Shown piece after piece: positions 47,979 through 57,972 of a stretch of DNA of 64,000 nucleotides (positions are counted from its first letter, which is position 1; every line of letters begins with the position of its first letter). Position numbers and translations under genes: made by a program. Below the pieces are notes generated by a model that was not told the DNA's origin, searched no databases, and saw only the letters and a list, made by a program, of their open reading frames with translations. Source of the stretch: Verrucomicrobiota bacterium (GTDB lineage Bacteria; Verrucomicrobiota; Verrucomicrobiia; Limisphaerales; CANJXF01); NCBI GenBank assembly GCA_038214755.1, contig JBBQRQ010000004.1, forward strand, positions 40,369 through 104,368, read 5' to 3'.

Positions 47979-49958
47979 ATGAAAATTATCTCGTTTCGGA
48001 AAATATTTTGCGCCGCTCTTCTCGGCATTCTCGGCGTGAGTGCAAGCCCTCCATCAGTCCTCGCTGCCACCCTCACCGTCCTCAACACCAACGACAGCGG
48101 CGCAGGCTCGCTGCGTCAGGCGCTCATCAACGCCGCCGCGACGAACGATGTCATCGTCTTCGCTCCCGACGTCACGGGCACGATCACGCTCACGAGCGGC
48201 GAGTTGTTCTTCACCAAAAGCCTCACCATCATCGGGCCGGGCGCGACGAATCTGACCATCAGTGGCAACAACGCCAGTCGCGTGTTCAGTGTCAGCAGCG
48301 GTTTGATCAGCATCTCCGGTTTGCGCATCGCCAACGGCTTCGTCACTGGCAATCCCAATGCCCTTAATGGCGGCGGCGGAATTTTTAACAACAGCGCCAG
48401 ACTGACCGTGCGAAACTGCGAGATCGTCAACAATGTCCAATCGGGCGGCCTGAACACCGGCCAAGGCGGCGGGGTGTGGCATGTCAGTGGCACTTTTAGC
48501 GGTGATCCGACTGGCGGCGGTCGGTTGCTCCTGCAAAACTGCCTTTTCAGCGGCAACAGGGCCCTCGGGGGGAGCGGAGTGGACGGCGCTCTCCCGAATG
48601 GCGCTGGCGCTGATGCTGCCCCTGCGCAAGGCGGCGGACTCTTCATTTTTCCGAGCAGTGCAAACTCAGTGACGATTCAGGATTGCACTTTCATGAATAA
48701 CTCCGCCATCGGCGGCACGGGTGGCAATGGCGTAGGCACCGGAGCGCGCGGTCGGGGTGGACGCGGCCAGGGCGGCGCGATTTTTGTCGGCGAAAATACT
48801 TTGCTCGTGGCGGATCGTTCTACATTCAAAAGGAATGAAGCCAATGGCGGCGCACGCGGCGCGGGCAGCAATACTCCCGTCGGAGGCAACGAGGCCCAAG
48901 GTCAGGGCGGCGGGATTTACGTCGTCGGATTCGCTGTCCTCAACGATTGCACATTGGACGATAACGAGGCCACGGGCGGTTCGGGCATCGATGGCACCTC
49001 GCTCATCGGCGCGCAGGGCCAGGGAGGCGGTTTATACTTTCAGTTTGGCGTCGTTTACCTAACCCGATGCGCCGTTATCAACAACGTGGCTGAAGGGGGC
49101 GCAGGTGGGAACGGCGGCGCAAGCGGTGCTGGCGAAGGCGGCGGTCTTTTCGTCAGATTCAATGGCAACCTGCTCCCGCTGCGTTTGATCAATAGCACAG
49201 TCGCCCTCAACATTGCCCGCGCGGCCAACCCCTCTGCGGCCGCCAGCGGAGGCGGCATCTGGACCGATGACGTGTTAAATGTGACCAACAGCACCATCGC
49301 TTTCAACGTCGTTCTCAGTGATGCCAGTGCCAGCGGCGGCGGTCTCCGGGTGAACAGCGGGACCACTACACTACGCAATACTCTCATCGGCAAAAACATT
49401 GCGAATGCGCTTCCGTCCGATGCGAGCGGCGCGGTCGCCTCGACCAGCGGCTACAATTTGATTGGAGTGGGTTCGGGGTTCGGCACGACGGTCACGGGCA
49501 TTAGCCACGGCGTGAACAATAATCAAATCGGCACGAGCGGCGCGCCGATTGACCCCAAGATGCACGGGCCCGCGCTCAACGGCGGCCTGACCAAAACCTG
49601 TTCGCTTGATAGTGACAGCCCCGCCATTAATACAGGTGATGATGCGACCGCGCCAATCACAGATCAGCGCGGCGATACGCGCTTTAATGCGAGCGACATT
49701 GGCTCTTATGAATTTGGAGGCATCGCAGTATCGGGCTTACAGATACTGTCCATCACCCGTAACGGAACCGGGACGACAACGTTGCAGGGTCTCGGCGTCC
49801 CAAACGGCGTGCATAGAATTCAGGCGTCGTCCGATTTGAGTCCCGGCAGTTTCTTCGATCTGCCACCCACCGCGACCGCCGATGGGGCGGGTCTTTTGCA
49901 ATATCAGGACGCAGCGACAAACGTCACGCAACGATTTTACCGACTCGCTTTTCCGTAA
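47979..49958 (+). CDS. Secreted Gly-rich beta-helix protein, choice-of-anchor Q type
   Basis: TNDSGAGSLRQA, repeated GGG(I/L)x and FxxN motifs, NGGLTKT..L...SPAI..G, DQRG, DIGSYE, RFYRL tail. Confidence 0.85.
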   Translation: MKIISFRKIFCAALLGILGVSASPPSVLAATLTVLNTNDSGAGSLRQALINAAATNDVIVFAPDVTGTITLTSGELFFTKSLTIIGPGATNLTISGNNASRVFSVSSGLISISGLRIANGFVTGNPNALNGGGGIFNNSARLTVRNCEIVNNVQSGGLNTGQGGGVWHVSGTFSGDPTGGGRLLLQNCLFSGNRALGGSGVDGALPNGAGADAAPAQGGGLFIFPSSANSVTIQDCTFMNNSAIGGTGGNGVGTGARGRGGRGQGGAIFVGENTLLVADRSTFKRNEANGGARGAGSNTPVGGNEAQGQGGGIYVVGFAVLNDCTLDDNEATGGSGIDGTSLIGAQGQGGGLYFQFGVVYLTRCAVINNVAEGGAGGNGGASGAGEGGGLFVRFNGNLLPLRLINSTVALNIARAANPSAAASGGGIWTDDVLNVTNSTIAFNVVLSDASASGGGLRVNSGTTTLRNTLIGKNIANALPSDASGAVASTSGYNLIGVGSGFGTTVTGISHGVNNNQIGTSGAPIDPKMHGPALNGGLTKTCSLDSDSPAINTGDDATAPITDQRGDTRFNASDIGSYEFGGIAVSGLQILSITRNGTGTTTLQGLGVPNGVHRIQASSDLSPGSFFDLPPTATADGAGLLQYQDAATNVTQRFYRLAFP

Positions 49959-50027
49959 AGCGGAAGAATGTTCTGGCGATTATCTTCAGCGGCACTCGAA
50001 GGAACTGCAAAATTTTGGAAACCAGAG

Positions 50028-50056
50028 TTGACACTTGGAGAGGCTTTTGGTTTTAT
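50028..50056 (+). promoter_or_regulatory. Putative sigma70 promoter of rplU-rpmA
   Basis: TTGACA-N17-TTTTAT. Confidence 0.55.
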
Positions 50057-50081
50057 CACCGCCCCTTTGCGGGAAAAATTT

Positions 50082-50399
50082 ATGTACGCTGTATTAGAAA
50101 CTGGTGGAAAACAATATCGTGTCAAAGCCGGAGACACCTTGGAAATCGAACGCTTGCCCGTGGAAGCGGGTGAAGGAAAAACTTTCACCTTCGATCGCGT
50201 GTTGATGATTGGCAACGATGGCAAATTCTCGTTTGGCGGCCCGACCATTGCGGGCGCAGGCGTAGTGGCCGATGTCGTCGCGCATAAACGCGGCGAAAAG
50301 AAAATCGCGTTTAAAATGAAGCGGCGAAAAGGCTACCATCGCACGGTGGGTCATCGTCAGGAATTGACGGTGGTGAAAATTACGGAAATCAACGTCTGA
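50082..50399 (+). CDS. rplU: 50S ribosomal protein L21
   Basis: MYAVLETGGKQYRV...RRKGYHRTVGHRQ. Confidence 0.98.
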   Translation: MYAVLETGGKQYRVKAGDTLEIERLPVEAGEGKTFTFDRVLMIGNDGKFSFGGPTIAGAGVVADVVAHKRGEKKIAFKMKRRKGYHRTVGHRQELTVVKITEINV

Positions 50400-50403
50400 T
50401 TGA

Positions 50404-50424
50404 CTCAACTCTCAACTCTCAACT
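50404..50424. repeat. (CTCAACT)3 heptamer in the rplU-rpmA spacer
   Basis: ctcaactctcaactctcaact. Confidence 0.8.
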
Positions 50425-50429
50425 AATTT

Positions 50430-50693
50430 ATGGCACACAAGAAAGGTCAAGGCAGTGTTCGTAATGGTCGTGACAGCGTCAGCAAACGGCTTGGCGTAAA
50501 AGAATTTGGCGGCCATGTCGTCTCGGCGGGCAGCATTATTGTCCGCCAACGCGGCTCGAAATTTGTCGCCGGCCAAAACGTCGGCACTGGTCGCGACTGG
50601 ACGTTATTTGCTCTGGTAAATGGCAAAGTTGCTTTCGACAAAGGCAGTCGCCGCGTGAATGTCCTGCCACAGGAAGTCGCGTCGAAAAATTAA
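50430..50693 (+). CDS. rpmA: 50S ribosomal protein L27
   Basis: [24 protein letters not shown]. Confidence 0.98.
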   Translation: MAHKKGQGSVRNGRDSVSKRLGVKEFGGHVVSAGSIIVRQRGSKFVAGQNVGTGRDWTLFALVNGKVAFDKGSRRVNVLPQEVASKN

Positions 50694-50714
50694 TCGCGCG
50701 CAAAAAGTTTTTGG

Positions 50715-50742
50715 GGCGAGGTCGAAAGCCTCGCCTTTTTTT
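50715..50742 (+). terminator. Intrinsic terminator after rpmA
   Basis: GGCGAGG-tcgaaag-CCTCGCC followed by T7. Confidence 0.8.
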
Positions 50743-50840
50743 GCAAAACGTTTTTCTTTCCCGTCATTGGTTGGCAAAGAATTTTTTCCTGAGTACTCCC
50801 CGGATTTGACCAGACGAAAATTTTTCAATAGATTTGTGAC

Positions 50841-51077
50841 ATGACAGTAACATTGCCGGAGAATATTTCTGCGTTGCAAAAGATGAGCGAGAGCGAGGTA
50901 AAATTAGAATTGGCTCTTTCACTTTATGCCGCTCGCAAAATGACGCTCGTGCAAGCGGCTGATCTGGCGGCGATGAACCTGTTTGACTTTCAGGCTGCAC
51001 TGCGCGATCGCCATCTCCCTCAACACTACGACGAGCGGGATTTGGAGAAAGACCTCGCGGCTCTTCGGGAACTTTAA
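50841..51077 (+). CDS. UPF0175 family antitoxin-like protein
   Basis: ELALSLY...MTLVQAADLA....DF...L...Y...DLEKD; TTGACC-N17-TAGATT-N6-ATG upstream. Confidence 0.87.
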   Translation: MTVTLPENISALQKMSESEVKLELALSLYAARKMTLVQAADLAAMNLFDFQAALRDRHLPQHYDERDLEKDLAALREL

Positions 51078-51081
51078 TGCG

Positions 51082-51573
51082 ATGATCGTCGTTGCCGATA
51101 CTTCGGTCATCTTGAATCTTTGTCGCGTCCAACACGAACGTTTGCTCCCACAATTGTTCCAGCGGGTTTTGATTCCTACGACAGTGGCGGCGGAATTCGT
51201 CCGCCTGTCGCAGACGGCTGGCCGCTTCACCGCACTAACATTGCCCGATTGGGTTGAAATTTTGCCTTCCCCTGAATCGTTTCCCCCTGAAGTTATCCAA
51301 GCCAGTCTGGACGCGGGCGAATCTGCCGCCATTGCCCTCTGCTTGAAAGAGAAAGCAAATGCGTTACTCATCGACGAATCGTTGGGCAGAGAGGTCGCGG
51401 CTCAACTTGGAATTCGGACCATCGGCATTCTGGGTATTTTGGTCGAGTCTCGCCGCCGTGGGTTTGTATTGAATGTGAAAAACATTTTGGAACGCTTGGA
51501 ATCGGATGCCGGTTTCTGGATCAGCCGAACCTTGCGAAAAAGGGTTCTCGAGTTAGCTGGCGAAAAGGAATGA
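51082..51573 (+). CDS. DUF3368 PIN-domain toxin-like protein
   Basis: MIVVADTS, LDAGESAAI, LLIDE..GR, GILGIL, GFWIS. Confidence 0.9.
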   Translation: MIVVADTSVILNLCRVQHERLLPQLFQRVLIPTTVAAEFVRLSQTAGRFTALTLPDWVEILPSPESFPPEVIQASLDAGESAAIALCLKEKANALLIDESLGREVAAQLGIRTIGILGILVESRRRGFVLNVKNILERLESDAGFWISRTLRKRVLELAGEKE

Positions 51574-51577
51574 CCTA

Positions 51578-52753
51578 ATGTTCGTCGATCAAATAAAAGT
51601 TTATGCGCGGGCCGGACACGGCGGCAAAGGCGCGGTCGCTTTTCATCGCGAGGCCTACATACCCAAAGGCGGTCCGAGCGGCGGCAATGGAGGTCGCGGC
51701 GGCAATGTCATTCTCCAGGCCGACCATGATTTGAACAATCTTATCGGTCAGTTTTTCAAACCACGTTTGATTGCCGAAGACGGCGACGGCGGCGGTGGCA
51801 AAGGAATGGATGGACTCGCTGGAAAAGATTTAATCGTGAAAGTCCCGTGCGGAACGTTGGTTTGGAAATTACCTTCTGCGCCCCCCGCGCCCGAAAAAAG
51901 CGAGGAGGAAGAGGCAGAGCCCAAAACCATGTTGATGGCGAGTTCCAACAAACGTTCTCTCATTCGTCGATCCGGAACAGAGTTTGCCGTGGAACTAAAT
52001 TTAGAAGATGACGGCTCGGATAAGTCGAATGATCCCATCAGTGGCGAAGCGGAACTCGTCGCCGATCTGACACAAGATGGCCAACAATTCATTTTGTGCA
52101 AAGCGGGGCGCGGAGGATTGGGCAACCGGAATTTTGCGACTTCGACGCGACAGACTCCTCGCTTCGCCCAACCCGGCGAGCCAGGCGAGGAAGGTGAATA
52201 TCGTTTGGAACTCCGCACGGTGGCGGACGTCGGAATAGTTGGTTATCCGAATGCGGGTAAATCCACCTTGCTCACTGCGATTTCCAAGGCGCGTCCCAAA
52301 GTTGCAGCGTATCCGTTTACCACGCTTCATCCGCAAATCGGGATTGTTGAGTATCCCGATTTTTTCCGCCTCACCGTTTGTGATGTGCCGGGATTGATCG
52401 AAGGCGCGCACCGAAATGTCGGGTTGGGTCACGGTTTTTTGCGCCACATCAAACGTTGCAAATTCCTCGTCGTCCTGCTCGACATGGCGGGAACCGACGG
52501 ACGCAATCCGTGGGATGATTACAAAATGTTGCTGCGTGAATTGGAACTTTACGATCCAACGATGTTGGAAAAGCCGCGCCTCGTTGTGGCGAATAAAATG
52601 GACGAGGCCGTTGCCGAAGAAAATTTAAAAAAGTTCAAACGCAAAGTTCCAAAGACGCCGGTGCTGCCGATTTCCGCCGCTTTCGATCAGGGCGTGGAAA
52701 AATTTAGAAAGATTATTCGCGAAGCAGTCGAGGCGCAAAACAAGGAGTTTTGA
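51578..52753 (+). CDS. obgE: GTPase ObgE/CgtA
   Basis: GGPSGGNGGRGG, GYPNAGKST, YPFTT, DVPG, NKMD. Confidence 0.96.
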   Translation: MFVDQIKVYARAGHGGKGAVAFHREAYIPKGGPSGGNGGRGGNVILQADHDLNNLIGQFFKPRLIAEDGDGGGGKGMDGLAGKDLIVKVPCGTLVWKLPSAPPAPEKSEEEEAEPKTMLMASSNKRSLIRRSGTEFAVELNLEDDGSDKSNDPISGEAELVADLTQDGQQFILCKAGRGGLGNRNFATSTRQTPRFAQPGEPGEEGEYRLELRTVADVGIVGYPNAGKSTLLTAISKARPKVAAYPFTTLHPQIGIVEYPDFFRLTVCDVPGLIEGAHRNVGLGHGFLRHIKRCKFLVVLLDMAGTDGRNPWDDYKMLLRELELYDPTMLEKPRLVVANKMDEAVAEENLKKFKRKVPKTPVLPISAAFDQGVEKFRKIIREAVEAQNKEF

Positions 52754-52784
52754 CGTAAAACATCCGCTGTGCTACACAACCCGC

Positions 52785-53015
52785 GTGAAAACAATTGCCA
52801 TCTCAGAAATAGCTTACGACCGGCTGGCGGGCTGGAAAACCAGTAAGCAAGATACATTTTCCAACGTGATTGAGCGTCTGGTTCCGCGCAAAGTTACGTT
52901 TGAAGTGGCGTTGGAAGCGGCCCAACAATTACCGGAACTTTCCTCTGCACAGGAAAAAGAGTTGTTAAAATTCTACAAAAAAAATCGACAGCCCATGGGA
53001 TCGCCGTGGAAGTAA
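52785..53015 (+). CDS. vapB: VapB-type antitoxin (DUF217-like)
   Basis: MKTIAISEIAYDRL...TFSNVIERL; TTGACG-N17-TACACA-N6-GTG upstream. Confidence 0.82.
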   Translation: MKTIAISEIAYDRLAGWKTSKQDTFSNVIERLVPRKVTFEVALEAAQQLPELSSAQEKELLKFYKKNRQPMGSPWK

Positions 53016-53419
53016 TTGCAGATACCACGGTCTTGATTGATTTGTGGCGCCATCGCAACCGAAGTTTTCGCCTGCAAAGTTTGAACCGCCAATTGGGAGA
53101 CCGCGCCATCCTGTTACCCTGGATCACACGCGGCGAATTTCTGCGCGGAGTCTTTCACCAAAATTTGCCGGAAGAAGCGGTGAGGCCATTCCTGGAAACC
53201 TTTGTGACGGTTTGGCCGACGACTCAAACCATAAGTCTTTATGCAAAGAATTGGGCAGCGCTCGCCCGCTCGGGCAAATTAATTGATTATCCTGACTTGT
53301 GGATTGCGGCCGGTGCGCTCGAACGCGGGATTCCGCTGGTAACCCGCAACCCCAAACACTTCGAACACCTTCCGGAGTTGCAATTGGAATCCTATTTTTT
53401 GGACGAACAAACAAAATAA
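53006..53419 (+). CDS. vapC: VapC PIN-domain toxin
   Basis: IADTTVLID, GE, DLWIAA, LVTRNPKHF. Confidence 0.9.
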   Translation: MEVIADTTVLIDLWRHRNRSFRLQSLNRQLGDRAILLPWITRGEFLRGVFHQNLPEEAVRPFLETFVTVWPTTQTISLYAKNWAALARSGKLIDYPDLWIAAGALERGIPLVTRNPKHFEHLPELQLESYFLDEQTK

Positions 53420-53422
53420 CTT

Positions 53423-54526
53423 ATGCTCAAAGCTGGAATCGTCGGACTGCCCAACGTTGGAAAATCAACCTTGTTCAACGCCGTCACGCGCACGCGAAAA
53501 GCGGAAGCGGCCAATTATCCTTTTTGCACGATTGATCCCAACATTGGCATCGTCACGGTGCCCGATTCGCGTTTGGACGTTTTGAAAAACATCGCGAAAA
53601 CTTCCGTTGTGATTCCGGCCGCAGTTGAATTTGTGGACATCGCGGGCCTCGTCAAAGGCGCGTCGGCGGGAGAAGGTTTGGGAAATAAATTTCTCACCCA
53701 CATCCGCGAAGTCGATGCCATCGTGCAAGTGGTGCGCTGTTTTGAAGACCCGGACATTCATCACGTCGCGGGAACCATTGATCCCATTCGCGACATCGAA
53801 ACAGTCACGACTGAATTGGTTTTGTCGGATTTGGAAGCGGTCAAGAAACGTCTCCATAGCGTGGCCAAAGATGCCAAGCGCGGCGAGAAAGTTGCCGTAG
53901 CCGAAGAAAACGTTTTGAAAAAACTTGAACCACATTTGAACGAAGGCAAACCGGCGTTGCTCGCCGAACTCACGCCGGAAGAAAAAATTATTTCACGCGG
54001 TTTTTTTTTGCTGACGGACAAGCCGACGATTTTTGCAACGAACGTCAAGGAAACCGATTTGGCCACAGCGGATTCTAATTCCTTTGTCACGAAAGTTCGC
54101 GAATATGCCCGCACGCATCACTCCTGCGAAACGGTCGTGATCAGCGCGCAAATTGAAAGCGATTTAATTGATCTTTCGCCGGAAGAAGCGAAAGAATTTT
54201 TGACGGAACTCGGCGTGAACGAGTCCGGCGTGGGGTCTCTCATTCGCGCGACCTATCATTTGTTGGGACTGCGAACTTATTTTACGGCGGGCGAAAAAGA
54301 AGTTCGCGCCTGGACGATTCACGCCGGTGACACTGCGCCGAAAGCGGCGGGTGTGATCCACAGCGATTTCGAACGCGGATTCATTAAGGCGGAAACCGTC
54401 GCTTACGCTGCGTTGGTCAATTGCGGTTCCGTCGCCGCCGCTCGCGAAAAAGGTCTCTATCGCATGGAAGGAAAAGAATACGTCGTGAAAGATGGCGACG
54501 TGATGCTGTTCAAATTCAACGTCTGA
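53423..54526 (+). CDS. ychF: Ribosome-binding ATPase YchF
   Basis: [39 protein letters not shown]. Confidence 0.97.
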   Translation: MLKAGIVGLPNVGKSTLFNAVTRTRKAEAANYPFCTIDPNIGIVTVPDSRLDVLKNIAKTSVVIPAAVEFVDIAGLVKGASAGEGLGNKFLTHIREVDAIVQVVRCFEDPDIHHVAGTIDPIRDIETVTTELVLSDLEAVKKRLHSVAKDAKRGEKVAVAEENVLKKLEPHLNEGKPALLAELTPEEKIISRGFFLLTDKPTIFATNVKETDLATADSNSFVTKVREYARTHHSCETVVISAQIESDLIDLSPEEAKEFLTELGVNESGVGSLIRATYHLLGLRTYFTAGEKEVRAWTIHAGDTAPKAAGVIHSDFERGFIKAETVAYAALVNCGSVAAAREKGLYRMEGKEYVVKDGDVMLFKFNV

Positions 54527-54527
54527 A

Positions 54528-55039
54528 CTAAGGCGGTAATTATTCCGTGGAGAAGATTGCTCGCCCTCACCCTAACCCTCCCCCCCCAAGGAGAGGGAAT
54601 AGCTCGCGCGTCTCTCGAACGTGCGGAAGTTTAGTCTGTCATTCCCCTCTTCTGTCATTCGCAAAAGAAAGCGGATAATAATCCGGCCGCTCCAGTTTAC
54701 CAAAACGCAGCAATGATTCTCCCTCTCCTCGGAGGAGAGGGCCGGGGTGAGGACGAGCGTTTCTCTTCACTGAAAATAGTTCGTTAATTACAGTTCCAGT
54801 TAGAGGTTGTTCGCCCTCACCCTAACCCTCTCCCCCGAGGAGAGGGAATAGTATCGGCGTCTCTGGAAAGTTCGGAGGCTCATTGTGGCATTCCCGCCTT
54901 CGGGTCATTCGTAAAAGAACGCGCATCACAACCCAGCGCGTTTGCATTACCAAAATGCGGGTGAACCATTCTCCCTCTCCTCGGAGGAGAGGGCCGGGTG
55001 AGGTCGAACGTTTCTTTTCACTCAATGATTCCGGCTTAG
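54528..55039. repeat. Two tandem ~210-bp elements of the CCCTCACCCTAACCCTC/GAGAGGGCCGGGGTGAGG palindrome family within weak outer inverted ends
   Basis: Copies at about 54561-54771 and 54811-55022 with similar interiors; ctaaggcggtaattatt ... aatgattccggcttag ends. Confidence 0.85.
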
Positions 55040-55044
55040 GGCGT

Positions 55045-57972
55045 TTAGGGCGAGGCGAGGTTCAGCAAAGTAATCAGCGCGCTCTCCTTCTCTGAGCCTT
55101 TGATAAAATCGAACGCGCGAAAATAACGGTCGCGTTCTTTGTCCGGTGTCTTTGGATCTGCAATTATTCTCGCGAGATACGCCGGAGCTTTTTGTGAACG
55201 GGAACGCCAGATGATGTCGCGTCCCGCGGGCGTGTTCCAATTTCCGCTCACGAAATTCAGCCACGCCTGAAAAAATTTATCTTCCTGTTTGTCCGCACCG
55301 ATGCCGAGCGCTTCCAAATACCAACGATCTTTTCCGTCATGTTGCGCGGCGAGTGTGGCCCAGAGTTGCGCCGCTTCCGGCGAAGAATTGTGACGCAACG
55401 CAATCGCGCACTCTCGGCGGACCTGCGGCGAAAAATCGTTCACCAACATTTTCAGAATAGGAATCAAATCCATTTTCAGTTCGCGCGCGACGCGCAAACC
55501 GGCGATGCGTAAATCCGGATTTTCATCACGCAACGCCTGTTCAACATATTTTTTTTCTTTTCCTTTGATGCGCGACAACAGGTGCAAAGCGCGGGCGCGC
55601 ATTCGTTGATCATCGCCTTTCCAAAGTTTGACTAATTCTTTTTCGGCTTTGTCGCCGAGCGCGTGAAGTTCGTCCCACGCCAAATAACGTGTCGCCAGGT
55701 TGGGCGATTGAAGGGCGCGCACGCTCCCGGCAATCGTGGTGAAATAAAGTCGCGGCACGACTGGCTTATGTCCTGTCGGGGCGATGCGATAAATTCGTCC
55801 CGTCATCGTTTTTAATTCATGATCGGCCATGTTGTGCCCGCCCACGCCGGCATCGTTCCAATCCGAAATATAAATTGAGCCATCGGGCGCGACGCAAACA
55901 TCGGATGGACGAAACCTGGTATCGCTGCTGGAAAAAATATCGTTCACCTCCGCTTTGTAACCCGCGCCCTCAGCGGTCACAGAATAACTTCGCACCACGC
56001 GCGGCCCGGCGTCGCAGTGAATCATTTGGTTGCGAAATTTTTCCGGCAATAATTTCCCCTCGTAAATCGCGAGACCGGTGGGCGCGCCCGCGCCGGTGGC
56101 GAGCAGATTTGGAATCACCCCGGGATCATTCTGGTGCCAGTGGCGCTGCGCAATTTCGTCTTCGAGGTTCGTCCGTTTCTCTTTCCATGACGCGCCCGTC
56201 ATTTCATCGGTGTAACCAAAAGTTCCCCGCTCCATCACGTAATTGATCCGCACACTGCGATTGCCGTCATCGTCGTTGTCGGCTTGCCAAATCGTTCCGA
56301 ATGAATCCACCGCCACTTCATATGGATTGCGAAAATTATTCCCTAGAACTTCGACCGCGCTGCCATCGAGATTGCAGCGGAAGATCATTCCTTGTCGAAA
56401 GGCAGAATCTTTTTCGGAAATTTTGTTCCCCTCCAAATCGACGACCAGGTTTCCATTTTTGTCTTTGAGCTGGCTGCCGGCGTTTCCAAAATTGAAATAC
56501 AATTTTCCGTCCGGCCCAAACGTCATCGCGTGAACGCCGTGATCGTGATCCACGCCGCCGATGCCGCTAAACAAAATTTCTTTCTTGTCCGCTCTGTCAT
56601 CGCCGTCGGTGTCAGTGAAAATAAAAACATTCGGCGAACACGAAACAAAAACTTTTTTGCCCAAAACACAAATGCCCAGCGCAGAATTAATTTCAGGACC
56701 TTGATAAAATGTTTTGGCCGAGTCCGCCACGCCGTCGCCATCGGTGTCTTCGAGAATGACGATGCGGTCGCCCTCCGGTTGCAAAGTTCCCCACGGCTTA
56801 AAACTGCTGCGATAATTGACGCCTTCGCAAACCCACACGCGTCCGCGCGCATCGATGTCGATGTCCGTCGGATTTCGCAACATGGGTTCGGCCGCGAAAA
56901 CGGTGGCTTCCAACCCATCGGCAATGGTGGCCGTTTTTAAAAATTCTTTGGCCGCTGCGAAACCGTATCCACGCTCGATGGATTCTTTAGCAGGAAGCAG
57001 GAACGCCGAACTCCCGTTCGGCAATTTGTGTGGATTCAACAAGCCGATCGGGAGATCGGCGTTCCGGTCGTTTGGCTGCGGCTGCTCAACTACTTTTTTT
57101 TTAGGCCCTTTGTCGTCGAGATTTTTTTTCAAATCTTTCTCGGTGATTTTGCATTCGACGCCGTTTTTCGGAACATCCGCTTTGGCAATCCACAAAATCG
57201 CGTTGAGCACAATCTTGCGAAAATTTTCGTCACCCCAATTGGTATGGACATGCGCGCCGGTTAAACCAAAACCGCGCCCGCCATCCGCGCGCTCGCAGGC
57301 CCAGGCGACGTGCTGTGGTTCGCCGTCTCTCACCAACTCGCGCACGACCTCATTTCCTTCGTGCTCTCCATTTTTTCGCGACGTGGTGTCCGGCGTGGGA
57401 ATAGCCGTGAGGATCGGCGTCACCCCTTTCATACCATCGCGGAAACGCATGTTGAAATACCATTCATCGTTTATTTTAAACGGCTTCACTCCGCGCGTGA
57501 TGGGATGTTTCGGCAACGTTTTGAAATCGGCGTCCCAATGCGGATTGACCGACCAATTGATTTCGAAGGCACCGCCAATCCAATCGAGAAATTCTTTTTC
57601 GCCCTTTTCCATTGTCGGCTCGACCGCGTAATGCAGACACGCCAGACCGACCCCTTTTTTCATCAGCGCACCGAGTTGTTGCAAGTGATCCTCCTGAAGT
57701 GCCGGATGGGCCGGGCCGCCGTCCATGTAAAGCACGATGGCGTCGGCGCCGTCAAAAAACTTTTTATCGTCAGGCCATCCGTTCAAATGGATTTCCGTTT
57801 TGATACCCGGCACGCCATCCAAACATTTTTTCAAAAGTTGAACGCCGGCGTTGTGCTCGTGCGCGCCGGGGCCGTGACTGGGCTTGCCGGCGACGAGGAC
57901 GATTTTTTTGTCAGCGGCGGAAAGGGATAAGGTGATGACCATCAAGCAAAGGAAAAACGGATTTTGTTTCAT
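55045..57972 (-). CDS. ThuA-like domain fused to a PVC-type dehydrogenase-like domain and HEAT repeats; no CxxCH
   Basis: AGKPSHGPGAHEH, HPITRGV, DEWY; FAAEPMLRNP, DRIVILEDTDGDG, FRPSDV. Confidence 0.87.
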   Translation of the reverse strand: MKQNPFFLCLMVITLSLSAADKKIVLVAGKPSHGPGAHEHNAGVQLLKKCLDGVPGIKTEIHLNGWPDDKKFFDGADAIVLYMDGGPAHPALQEDHLQQLGALMKKGVGLACLHYAVEPTMEKGEKEFLDWIGGAFEINWSVNPHWDADFKTLPKHPITRGVKPFKINDEWYFNMRFRDGMKGVTPILTAIPTPDTTSRKNGEHEGNEVVRELVRDGEPQHVAWACERADGGRGFGLTGAHVHTNWGDENFRKIVLNAILWIAKADVPKNGVECKITEKDLKKNLDDKGPKKKVVEQPQPNDRNADLPIGLLNPHKLPNGSSAFLLPAKESIERGYGFAAAKEFLKTATIADGLEATVFAAEPMLRNPTDIDIDARGRVWVCEGVNYRSSFKPWGTLQPEGDRIVILEDTDGDGVADSAKTFYQGPEINSALGICVLGKKVFVSCSPNVFIFTDTDGDDRADKKEILFSGIGGVDHDHGVHAMTFGPDGKLYFNFGNAGSQLKDKNGNLVVDLEGNKISEKDSAFRQGMIFRCNLDGSAVEVLGNNFRNPYEVAVDSFGTIWQADNDDDGNRSVRINYVMERGTFGYTDEMTGASWKEKRTNLEDEIAQRHWHQNDPGVIPNLLATGAGAPTGLAIYEGKLLPEKFRNQMIHCDAGPRVVRSYSVTAEGAGYKAEVNDIFSSSDTRFRPSDVCVAPDGSIYISDWNDAGVGGHNMADHELKTMTGRIYRIAPTGHKPVVPRLYFTTIAGSVRALQSPNLATRYLAWDELHALGDKAEKELVKLWKGDDQRMRARALHLLSRIKGKEKKYVEQALRDENPDLRIAGLRVARELKMDLIPILKMLVNDFSPQVRRECAIALRHNSSPEAAQLWATLAAQHDGKDRWYLEALGIGADKQEDKFFQAWLNFVSGNWNTPAGRDIIWRSRSQKAPAYLARIIADPKTPDKERDRYFRAFDFIKGSEKESALITLLNLASP

